Assembly: GCA_965648905.1 (NCBI GenBank)
Contig: CBFGIT010000032.1
Location: 1 to 29,025 of the forward strand
Origin: a candidate division WOR-3 bacterium
GTDB lineage: Bacteria > Hydrothermota > Tepidihabitantia > Tepidihabitantales > Tepidihabitantaceae
Length of the DNA: 29,025 nt
Direction: 5' to 3'
Position 1 is the stretch's first letter. Every line of letters starts with the position of its first letter. Shown in pieces: positions 1-8,100 of this stretch. Below the pieces are notes generated by a model. The model did not search any database. It was not told where the DNA came from and saw nothing but the letters and a program-made list of their open reading frames with translations. The position numbers and the translations under genes were made by a program.

Positions 1-84
1 GGGTCGTGGTTTCTCTAATGCCGGTGAAAGGGGCGCTATGAAGAGAAGCGCGAGTATCAGAACCGCGGCTGGCGTTGGCGGCAC
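1..84 (-). CDS. 5' end of a probable secreted protein running off the window edge (partial)
   Basis: GTG at 84 opens MPPTPAAVLILALLFIAPLSPALEKPRP..., open to position 1. It has a hydrophobic signal-peptide-like core. Not in the ORF track; only 28 codons visible. Confidence 0.4.
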   Translation of the reverse strand, partial: MPPTPAAVLILALLFIAPLSPALEKPRP

Positions 85-169
85 GCTGCTCGGCCGCGGA
101 TTCGGCAGGAATGGCTATTGACGACACGACTGCCTAAATGGGTACCGTCCCCAATAATCTTGTCCCTGC

Positions 170-204
170 TTTGCGTCTTGGCTCTTGGCTTCTAGCTCTT
201 GACC
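170..204. repeat. Degenerate heptamer tandem repeat
   Basis: tttgcgt-cttggct-cttggct-tctagct-cttgacc. Confidence 0.6.
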
Positions 205-436
205 TCGCCCCACCCGCTCCTTTCTGCGTCCTTGCTTTCAGCTTCTGCCTTAGTCTCGTGACTGCCTACGCCCCTCGGCCCATCACCCCTGCCGAAAGCG
301 AGGGGACAGCAAGAGCCGGGCCGACGCTGTCGTCAGCTTGGCCGTAGAAGAGAGCGACTAACGCACGGCTTGGCGGACAGACCTGCTTTGGAATTCCGAA
401 CTGACAAGAGGTTTTTCGCGAGACGTGTCCGTTTGC

Positions 437-760
437 TCATCGATAGGGCGACAAGGCCATATTCAACTCGATGGAGCTAACATCGGACTCCAGGGAGCTG
501 ACGTCAGACTCGATGGAGCTGACGTCAGACTCGATGGAGCTGACGTCAGACTCGATCTGACTGACCTCGGAACCAATGAATGAAAGCTCCATCTGGATTG
601 AACGTAGTCGGGCATCGATGTGCACCATCCACAACGCAAAGAGAGTCATCAGCAAACCCAAAAAGAATGCTCGCCAGTGCGCCTTTGCAAGCCGAAGGAC
701 TGTCTTTGCAACTCGCTTCACCACGTCTCCTTTCAGCGGTTTATCTCGGAATCTCGACAT
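437..760 (-). CDS. Small membrane-anchored coiled-coil protein (hypothetical)
   Basis: One TM segment (AFFLGLLMTLFALWMV) followed by heptads (SDVSSIE)n. An alternative start is GTG at 721, behind AAAGGAG. Confidence 0.7.
   Translation of the reverse strand: MSRFRDKPLKGDVVKRVAKTVLRLAKAHWRAFFLGLLMTLFALWMVHIDARLRSIQMELSFIGSEVSQIESDVSSIESDVSSIESDVSSLESDVSSIELNMALSPYR
467..571. repeat. 21-bp tandem repeat x5 encoding heptad SDVSSIE
   Basis: Units ctcgatggagctgacgtcaga (exact at 509-529 and 530-550), with variants at 467, 488 and 551. Confidence 0.95.
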
Positions 761-892
761 TTCCGGGACATTTTGCTTAGCTTCTTGTCGTCGATGACTG
801 CCGGACTTCGTGTCTTACTCGAGTCATTGTACTCTGGGTCGGGGGGCAGTGTTTGGTGTGCGCGGAAACTCCCGCGGCGCGCTACCAGACTG

Positions 893-1030
893 TTGAGGTC
901 GGACTGACTGTTGTCCCTCCCCGACCATCTGTTTCGGTCACGCCGTGATAGTAGATGCCCGGGTTGGGCGTGTCAAGAAGAGAGCAAGAGAATCAAGGGG
1001 GCAGGGAACCGAGGGGTCGAGTGGCCGGGA
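893..1030 (-). repeat. Promoter/leader module, copy 1
   Basis: 952-977 matches 3261-3286 at 24/26 nt. It shares the gaatcaagggg octamer-like tract on the upstream side and about 50 bp of colinear leader downstream. Edges approximate. Confidence 0.8.
948..976 (-). promoter_or_regulatory. sigma70-type promoter (module copy 1)
   Basis: Minus strand TTGACA (976-971), 17-bp spacer, TACTAT (953-948). Confidence 0.75.
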
Positions 1031-1083
1031 AGGGGCCAGGGGGCAGAATCGCAGGGACGCGCGGGGCGGGGTGGGAAAGAGCA

Positions 1084-1722
1084 TCAGCCGAACCGTGACA
1101 TGTAGTTGGCGATTCTGGACTTGATCTGGTCCAGGGTCAGGGCGCTCGGCTGGAGCCTGGCTGCCCAGACTCGGCCTGGGTGAAGCGTGTCCCAGTTCGG
1201 GCGTCTTCCCCGGTGGCGCCCGGCCCCCGGGTCGTGGTTGCCGAAGCCGTCCAGAACCACGTTCCACAGTGGCTTGTAGCTATCTAGGAGTAGCGATTCC
1301 GCAAGGCGAATCCAGACTTCGTCTACAACTAGGTGGCGGCACCCGAAGTCCGCGAGTTCCAGGTTCCGGGCCTGCCGAATTGACTCGGCGTGTTCTTCGA
1401 GCCGGCGGAACAGCACCGGGTCCGGCCGCGGTTCGTCCGAGAACTCGCCGCCTTTCCGCCCACCCGGCGGGACCGCCTTGCCGACGTAGATTGGATGCTG
1501 CCATTGCTCGGCATTGGCCTGGGCCAGCGGCCGGTACAGGGCGAAGTCCCCGCGGTAGTAGATGGCGTAGATGCCAGCCCCGGGAAAGCGCGTTTGTGGC
1601 GGCAGCGGGTGTACGTCATGACCCAGAAGCTCCCGGACGATGCTTTCGGCCAGCCGTCGCTTCTCCAATGGGTTGTACGGTTTCAGCGTCCTGCCGTTGA
1701 TAGGCCCGGGTCTTGCCTTCAC
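1084..1722 (-). CDS. Eco29kI-family GIY-YIG type II restriction endonuclease
   Basis: GAGIYAIYY...PIYVGKA, RRLEEH, LAESLLL, PLWN..LDGFGNHDPG.GR, WDTLHPGR.WA are hallmark motifs of the Eco29kI/Cfr42I family. Lies directly downstream of an MTase. Confidence 0.93.
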   Translation of the reverse strand: MKARPGPINGRTLKPYNPLEKRRLAESIVRELLGHDVHPLPPQTRFPGAGIYAIYYRGDFALYRPLAQANAEQWQHPIYVGKAVPPGGRKGGEFSDEPRPDPVLFRRLEEHAESIRQARNLELADFGCRHLVVDEVWIRLAESLLLDSYKPLWNVVLDGFGNHDPGAGRHRGRRPNWDTLHPGRVWAARLQPSALTLDQIKSRIANYMSRFG

Positions 1723-1728
1723 TGCCAG

Positions 1729-3249
1729 CTATCGCTTCCGGAGCATCACCGCTGACTCGTAGAGCGTGGCGCGTGACTCCAGCCCGCGGCGCACCGCGGA
1801 CTTGGTGATGCTTGCTCCCACGCGCTTGGTCCTGAGCATCTCAATGCCTAAGACCTCGTACCCAAGTCGAGTCGCGAGGTCGGCCAGAATGCGGTCGACC
1901 TTGACTTCGTGCCCTTGGATGATGGAGTTGCCAATGACGATGACCACGGTTCCGCCTTTGGCGAGCGACGGTCTCATGACTGCTAGGTAACGCTGGGTGT
2001 CGTTCAAGTAGGAGGCAACGTAGTTAGCCCAACCCGGCCCGCCGTAGGCACCCTCGTCGGTGCGCGTCGACCGGAGTTCGTTCAGTAGCCGATGTACCGC
2101 CGTGTCTTCAAACTCAAGCTCGACCGGCTCCGAATCCCGGACAGTCTGCCAGTACTTCCCGACATTGTTCTCTTCCAAGCTACGCAGGTCCTCGCGGCCT
2201 TGCACGAGGTCCAGCCAGTGAAGCTGCGGCCGGGTGCTGCGGACGTAGTGGTAGTTGTTCATGTACGGGGGCGAGGTAACCACGAGGTCGATGCTGGCCG
2301 GCTTCAGCACACGTTGTGAGTCCATGAAGCTCATCTGGTGAACCGCTCCTTCTCCCTGAACAGCCGCGGACTTCAGTTCCGACTGCAGCCATGTCACGTC
2401 GTGGAGCATCTGGCCGAGCTTGCGCAGGATGCAGCCATGCACGTCCGCATCCTCGACTAGCGGCTTCCCTGCTCCGGGCCGGGAGCAGAGGCTCGGTTCG
2501 TAAGTGTAGTTGGAGAAACTCACCATCACGGCACCGAAGGCCAGCCGGAACAAGTCGGCTACCTCCGGGCTGCGGATGGTGCGCAGGAATGCCCGAAACC
2601 CGAAGACCTGTTTCTCGACCGAGGGGCTGAAGAACGGGATGCGCGTCATGAAGTCAGCGGGCCGAGTACCAGTCTTGCGGTGCGAGCCATTCCGGCTGAA
2701 CTCCGCATAGCGCCGGCACTGCCTCCCGAACTCCGCTGGGTCGATTCGCAGCGCGGCCATCTTCGCGCGGCAAGCCAATGCAGCATACGGGTTGATCTCG
2801 AAACCGATGGTGTCATTGCCGGCGGTCAGCGCGGCGACCAAGGTCGTGCCCACGCCGGCAAATGGGTCCAGCACGCAAGGTCGTCTCCCAGCCGAGCGGG
2901 GCAAGAACTCGCGCATGCAGTCATCGACGAACGCAGAAGAGAAACCGGCAATCCAAGGAATCCAGCGATGAACCGGGACCTCGCGGTTTTCCATGAAGGC
3001 TGAATCACGGAATCGGCGGACCGGAGCCTCGGTCGAGTCAACGACCGGCAATTCAAGCTGCGGGCCGCAGGCCAAGGCGTCGCGGACAAGGAATGATTCG
3101 AATCGCTGTACCCGATGCCGGGGCCGCGGACGGGCGGTGGATTTCTCCGGTTTTCTGGAAGAATCCTGGCGGCACAATGTCAGACTCCTGACGCCAGCCG
3201 ACGACGTCGGCCTAGCTGCTGTCAGTCGCCGTCTATCCACTTTGGCCAT
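1729..3249 (-). CDS. DNA amino-methyltransferase, probably N4-cytosine (motif I before motif IV)
   Basis: DPFAGVGTT (SAM binding) precedes VVTSPPY (catalytic); PVHRW..W.AGFS near the N-terminus. The ORF-track start 3357 is upstream of the promoter at 3257-3285, so I used ATG 3249. The true start could be further downstream. Confidence 0.9.
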   Translation of the reverse strand: MAKVDRRRLTAARPTSSAGVRSLTLCRQDSSRKPEKSTARPRPRHRVQRFESFLVRDALACGPQLELPVVDSTEAPVRRFRDSAFMENREVPVHRWIPWIAGFSSAFVDDCMREFLPRSAGRRPCVLDPFAGVGTTLVAALTAGNDTIGFEINPYAALACRAKMAALRIDPAEFGRQCRRYAEFSRNGSHRKTGTRPADFMTRIPFFSPSVEKQVFGFRAFLRTIRSPEVADLFRLAFGAVMVSFSNYTYEPSLCSRPGAGKPLVEDADVHGCILRKLGQMLHDVTWLQSELKSAAVQGEGAVHQMSFMDSQRVLKPASIDLVVTSPPYMNNYHYVRSTRPQLHWLDLVQGREDLRSLEENNVGKYWQTVRDSEPVELEFEDTAVHRLLNELRSTRTDEGAYGGPGWANYVASYLNDTQRYLAVMRPSLAKGGTVVIVIGNSIIQGHEVKVDRILADLATRLGYEVLGIEMLRTKRVGASITKSAVRRGLESRATLYESAVMLRKR

Positions 3250-3335
3250 CGCGGTCATGATAGATGCCCGGTCTGGGCGTGTCAAGCAGAGAAGAAGAAT
3301 CAAGGGGTCGAGGAACCGGGAGGCAGAGTGACAAG
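3200..3335 (-). repeat. Promoter/leader module, copy 2
   Basis: 3256-3298 is identical to 4366-4408 at 42/43 nt. Edges approximate. Confidence 0.9.
3257..3285 (-). promoter_or_regulatory. sigma70-type promoter (module copy 2)
   Basis: TTGACA (3285-3280), 17-bp spacer, TATCAT (3262-3257). The in-frame ATG follows 7 nt later. Confidence 0.8.
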
Positions 3336-3434
3336 GGGGTGCGCAAGTCGACCCCATACGCTATCGTCCGCCCGGCCTCGGGTGAGGTTAACCAACGCAC
3401 GGCTTGACAGACGAACCCGTCCACGGGAACTACC

Positions 3435-3539
3435 GATGATCTCATATCGTATCAATCCGCACGGCTCGTACACGAGCGCATCGGTCTGCCTTTCGGTGAC
3501 GGTCACCGCGCGCAATTGAGGTTCCTGCTGGTTCTGGGC
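3435..3539 (-). pseudogene. Eroded remnant resembling the C-terminal tail of a Type IIG/Eco57I-like RM enzyme
   Basis: Translates AQNQQEPQLRAVTVTERQTDALVYEPCGLIRYEII, similar to the common tail '..QRQIxATDRQIDxLVYELYGLTxEEI'. Recognised by eye only. Confidence 0.55.
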
Positions 3540-3748
3540 ACGGCTTTCGACCTTCCGGGTCGCTACCTAATGCCGGTGCATCGTTCAAGGTCGGGAGGGT
3601 TACTTCAGGGCGACTCCAAGGCGCCTTGGTCCAATAGCCGCTCCGGCCGAACTACGCCCAAGCACGGCCCAGTTCCTGACTAACGGGCAGTAACGGAAGG
3701 CGCACTTGGCCTCCGTAATCAGGTCATCCGGTCTGACTAAGCTCGCGA

Positions 3749-4246
3749 CTATCTCTGATCACGCAGAATGACGTTCACCGCTGAAGGCCTGAGCCGATAG
3801 GCATCGCCCATAATGAGTCCGGAAAACAGGCCACAGCCGGCCACTCCGGCGCCACCCAGCATTAGTGTGCCAGTGAGGCCCGAGGTGAATGAGCTGTAGG
3901 CAGGTCCTGAGGACCGACTATCCGCATTCCTCTTCAGGAGATACCCGGCGCCAGCGAGTAACAACCCTCCTCCTGTGAATCCTACAAGGTAGCAGCCGCG
4001 CAGGCTGCGATGCAGGTCTACCGCCACCGGCTCGTACCCATCCTTGCTAAGCACGATTGTTACATTCTCCGTCCTGTTCAACTTAAGCAGTACCGGGGTC
4101 GTCGCGACTTGTACGCCCCTGACAGTGACAGCAGCGCCGGGCGGCTCGGAGCGAACCCAGACGCGCTGGGTTGGGGCGCAGCCCGTCACCACGACCGTCG
4201 AGAGCAACAGGACTGATACCCACCGTTGCAGGTCTGAACTACACAT
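3749..4246 (-). CDS. PEGA-domain lipoprotein with C-terminal hydrophobic/Gly-rich segments
   Basis: Lipobox VVTGC; VRSEPPGAAVTVRG...TTP...LSKDGYEP is PEGA-like. AAGGA RBS precedes ATG 4246; the ORF-track start 4426 lies upstream of the promoter. Confidence 0.75.
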   Translation of the reverse strand: MCSSDLQRWVSVLLLSTVVVTGCAPTQRVWVRSEPPGAAVTVRGVQVATTPVLLKLNRTENVTIVLSKDGYEPVAVDLHRSLRGCYLVGFTGGGLLLAGAGYLLKRNADSRSSGPAYSSFTSGLTGTLMLGGAGVAGCGLFSGLIMGDAYRLRPSAVNVILRDQR

Positions 4247-4317
4247 GCATGATTCCTTTCGCGTCTTCCTGAATCCCGATGACGCAATACGTAACCATTG
4301 ACGCCGGTTGGACATCA

Positions 4318-4455
4318 CGTGGCTGGTTGCCATCAACCGCCGTACATCTGGATCGGTCGCGCGACCATGATAGATGCCCGGTCTGGGTGTGTCAAGCAGA
4401 GAAGAAGAGGAGGAATCAAGGGTCAAGGAATCGAACGGCTAGGGAGCAGAGTGGC
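4318..4455 (-). repeat. Promoter/leader module, copy 3
   Basis: Matches copy 2 at 42/43 nt in the core; same flanking gaatcaaggg tract. Edges approximate. Confidence 0.9.
4367..4395 (-). promoter_or_regulatory. sigma70-type promoter (module copy 3)
   Basis: TTGACA (4395-4390), 17-bp spacer, TATCAT (4372-4367). Confidence 0.8.
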
Positions 4456-4565
4456 AGCGGGGTGCGCGGGGCGGGGGTCGATGCCACCGCCGGCAGGCAC
4501 AAGTGAATCACCGCGCCGACTGTACGCCGTGCCGCTCTAGCTGGGCGGGACGGACGAGCTGTGAG

Positions 4566-4769
4566 TCAGGCGAGGTCGGCGACGCTGACGAGCCGTCGTT
4601 CGGCACAGGTGCGCCGGTGGCGACGACAGCGTTCAATCTCATGGAGCGTGTTGGCCGTCAGGTAGCTCTGGCCGCAGTGGGGGCATGCGACAACCGGCAC
4701 GTTCTCAATGACGAACAGGCTTCGGCCCCTGCCGTAGCTCCGGGTGACACGCTCGATGCGTGCGCCATC
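4566..4769 (-). pseudogene. 5'-truncated YgiT-type (MqsA-like) zinc-finger protein
   Basis: DGARIERVTRSYGRGRSLFVIENVPVVACPHCGQSYLTANTLHEIERCRRHRRTCAERRLVSVADLA*. The IENVP..CPHCG.SY motif is present, but the first CxxC and an in-frame start codon are missing. Absent from the ORF track. Confidence 0.8.
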
Positions 4770-5187
4770 ACGAGTTGCGGTCGAGCTGGAGCTGGTTTTG
4801 GTTGGGTTTCGTGGAAGTTCGGTCTAATGCTCTGAGCTGCGTGTTTGCGAAAGTTGGACCGGCAACACCGGTTGCGCGACTGATGTCTTGAGTGGTCCGG
4901 GGAGCGAGTGGGGGAACGGCTCCCGTAACCAGACCGGAAGCTGGACCATGGACTGGTTGCGTCTGTGCCTGGCAGTTCGGTCATGCTGGCAGGCGTGATT
5001 CCGGTTCTGGTTGCGGGTGCGACTGCAGAACCGGCGGCAACCGCGTTGCCGGTTGCGGCCGCGGTTGACGAAGCTGTTACGTGAGTAGGTCGGTTATCGT
5101 GTCTGAGGACGGCCGCAAAGCCGAACCTGTCGCTGCCTGCGAAAGCGGTAGCGAAAGGAGATGCGCGACTGCCGGCAGCGTCAGCGC

Positions 5188-8100
5188 CTAGAACTGGCCG
5201 GTGATGCGGCCGGAAAGAGCGAGCGAGCGGGGCGGAGTTGGGGCGAGCGGATGGGAGTAGTTAAGGCTGAACTGGAGGTAGAGGAACCGGAGCAGGTTGA
5301 GGTTGAAGCCGAGGCCGGGGAGGAGCGTGAGGGTCGAACGGCTGTTGGTGAAGGATGAGGACCGGGTCGTGTCGGTCTGCTGGCGCGAGGCGCCGAGGTC
5401 GAGCGTGGCAAAGGACTTGGTGGTGAAGCGGTACAGGAGCTGGGAGTTGAGCTTGAGTTCGCCGGAGGAGACCTGCGGAGCAGTCTTGCTGCCCCAGGCG
5501 TCGGTGTTGGTGCGGCCGCTGGCAGTGAGCTTGGTGCGGATTTTGTCCGACCAGGGCCGGTTCCATTCCAGAAACAGGCTGCTCGTGGTGCTGAACGGAT
5601 AGCTCGCGACGCGGCGGAGTGTCCACTGGCCGCTGAACATGCCCCAGCGCGGAGGCTGGTATTCGATTCTGACCTCGTCGTCGGTCGAAGGCGACAGTTC
5701 GGGCAGAGCGTAAAGGGCAAATCCGCTCCGGTTCAGGGCCCGGCGGTATCGCAGCATCAGCGTGGACCAGGGGTCAAGTTGGACCGAGCCATACATGGTC
5801 ACGAGGTCTTTGACCCGGGAAACAGGGACGCCAGGCAGGGGCCGCAGGCGGAAAGGCGGTGCTGCGGCCTCGATGTTGCGGGAGTACTGGTCGAAGTTCG
5901 TGCCTGCGCCGGCTGAGAAGTTGACCACGGCAAGGCGCGGGTCCCAGCGGCCCGGGGCGATGCGCAGGTCGTTGAAGACGTAGGAAGAGACCGAGAGGTC
6001 GCGAGTCGGGGGGACACGACCCGAATTGTCGGACAATTCGGTCATGTCCCCTCTGAGGTTGAAGGTGCCAACATAGTAGAGCCCGGGGATGGCGTCAACG
6101 TTGAGGCGGCCGCGGAGTTCGCGCTGCGTTGCGGCCTGCGCGCCAAACAGGCGGTTGGAGCGCAGGCGGAAGTTGCCTGTGACCGGAAAGGGCAGGGTGA
6201 ATCCGGCGTCGGCGATGTACTCGGAGGAGCGATAGTGAGGGGTCAGGGAATCATGTGCCTGAGGTTCAACGGCTGTGTTCTGGTACACGCCTGCGAGCTT
6301 GAGCCGGGTCGATAGCACGGTGAACTCGTGGCCGAGGCTGGCCTTGAGGCGCAGCTTGTCGTTGTCCGGCAGCATGTCCTTACCAACCAGCAGATAGCCG
6401 TTGGGCAGGTTCTGGTTCAGGTAGCTTAAGCGGGCGCTAGTGTAGTTGGCGGTCACAGGAGACCAGTCGGCGAGGTACTCGCGGCGGATGCTGCCGTCGA
6501 GACGCACCTGGGCGATTGGCTCGATGCCGAGCGAAGCTGCGGCACTGTGCCGGAGGTCGCCGTACTTGCGCTTCTGCCGGCCAAAGGCTTCAAACCTGGC
6601 TGCGTAGCTTTCGTACTCGGCACGACAGGAGAGCCATTGGTAGTTGGCCGTAAGCGTGTGGTGCTGGGCTGCGGCACCGCGGGTATTGACCGCGAACTGG
6701 GGAATAACTGTCAGGCTTAGGGGAAACGCTCCCGAATCCGAAGGAGGTTTGGTGTTCAGTCCCTTTGTTTCGAACCGGCCGGAGAGGTGCACCATATCTT
6801 CGCTGTCCGCGTGTGAGAACCCGGGCGACAGCCTGAGCCCGGGCGCGACCGCGATATTGGGCTGGGCCGACCAGAACAGCGACTTCTCCTCACGTTCGAC
6901 CGACGAGTACCGGACTGTGATTTCGCTGTAGTCGGTCACGATGTCGGGCTTCAAGAACACGAGCGTGCCCGAGGTGTAGTCAATGGTATAGTCGGTGCCG
7001 CGTCGAACTGGTTCGCCATCGACCAGCACCTCTTCGCTGTTGCGCACAACCGGGCAGGACGACAGATAGTAGAAGAGCGAGTATGACCGGTAGCTCAGGT
7101 GCATCGTGTAACACCGTCGGCGTTCGGTGTAGACCACGTCCGGGAAAGGCCGGGCCGTGGGGAACAGAAGGAATCCCAGGTCGCAGTTGACGAACTCCGG
7201 GTCCACGCTGTTGTCGCCGTCTTGGTCCAGCCCGAACTCGCTCAGGGCGTGGACTTGTCCCAGAGTGTCTACAATCGTCATGACGAGCGAGCCGGGGATG
7301 ATTCCTGAGCCGAGAGCGTAGACGTTCTCCATCACGTGGTCGGTGACCGTTTCGGACTGGAGCACCAGTTCCTCGCTGCCGAGCTTGAGGCAGACCAAGT
7401 CGGTCGGCCGGACCGGCACTGCGAACTGGACGATGCCGCGGTCATAGTCGATGTGATAACCCTTGCCACGGATGAGCGGGTCGAAGTCGCCGGTAATGCC
7501 GGCAACTGTGAAGCCGATGCGCGTGTCGAGCTTGTTCGTCAGGACCTGGTGGTCGTCGATGAAGATAGTGTCCTGGGTGCGCTTGAGCGGCCGGGCCGGC
7601 TGGTATACATGGTAGAAGGCGTTCCTGACGTAGTTCACATCGGGCAAGGTGAGGTTCTTGTCCAAAGACCGGCCGGTGAAGAGGTCAATGCGCGGTCGGG
7701 ACTGGAGTTTGCCCGCCTGGACCCCGGCGCGGTGGTCTTGGTACTGGAGCCGGGCGTTGCCGCCGAAAAGAGAGAGCTGCGGAATGATGTCAAGGTCAGA
7801 GTACTCAGACTCGACAAAGCCTGCATCAGCCCGCCGCAGGATGTCTTGCGCAGTGCCCCGATACCCGGCGCCGTAAACGACCTGGTCTTTGTCGGTGTCG
7901 TCGTAGTACAGGGATAAAGAACGGTTGCTGGAGTGGAGCGCGGCGAGGTTCAGGGCTGCGGTACGACTGCCGGTGCGGCTGGTTGACTCGGGCGTTACGG
8001 TTCTTGATAGCGCGTGGTAGGCGCGGCCGGTCAGGCGCAGGTCGGTCGCAGGGATAAGCCGCAGGTGCCCGCCCGCATCGTCCAGATAGACGAGCTGCTG

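Noticed and set aside
15..26. 12-bp match CTAATGCCGGTG with 3567-3578
   Set aside because: Short, and one copy lies in a probable coding region; could be chance.
138..347. 69-aa ORF MGTVPNN...
   Set aside because: Composed of a palindrome-arm motif and heptamer/hexamer repeats; no RBS or family resemblance.
356..437. Possible integron attC site (GACTAAC... downstream of the small gene; AACGCACGGCTTG shared with 3394-3406)
   Set aside because: No proper RYYYAAC/GTTRRRY pair, no extended L/R-box hairpin and no integrase. The 13-bp match may belong to the cassette repeat system, but it is too short to call.
467..571. CRISPR-like repeat
   Set aside because: Units are contiguous with no spacers, in frame within a CDS, and there are no cas genes.
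3250..3357. ORF-track N-terminal extensions of the MTase (to 3357), and likewise PEGA (4426), barrel (9207), porA (16933), helical protein (21625) and kinase (24485)
   Set aside because: The extensions run through promoters, repeats or neighbouring genes; better starts exist downstream.
5085..5130. Hammerhead-ribozyme-like string (AGGTC...CTGAGGA-CGGC-cgcaaa-GCC-GAACCT)
   Set aside because: The core has GAAC instead of GAAA, there is an extra base before stem II, and stem I cannot form.
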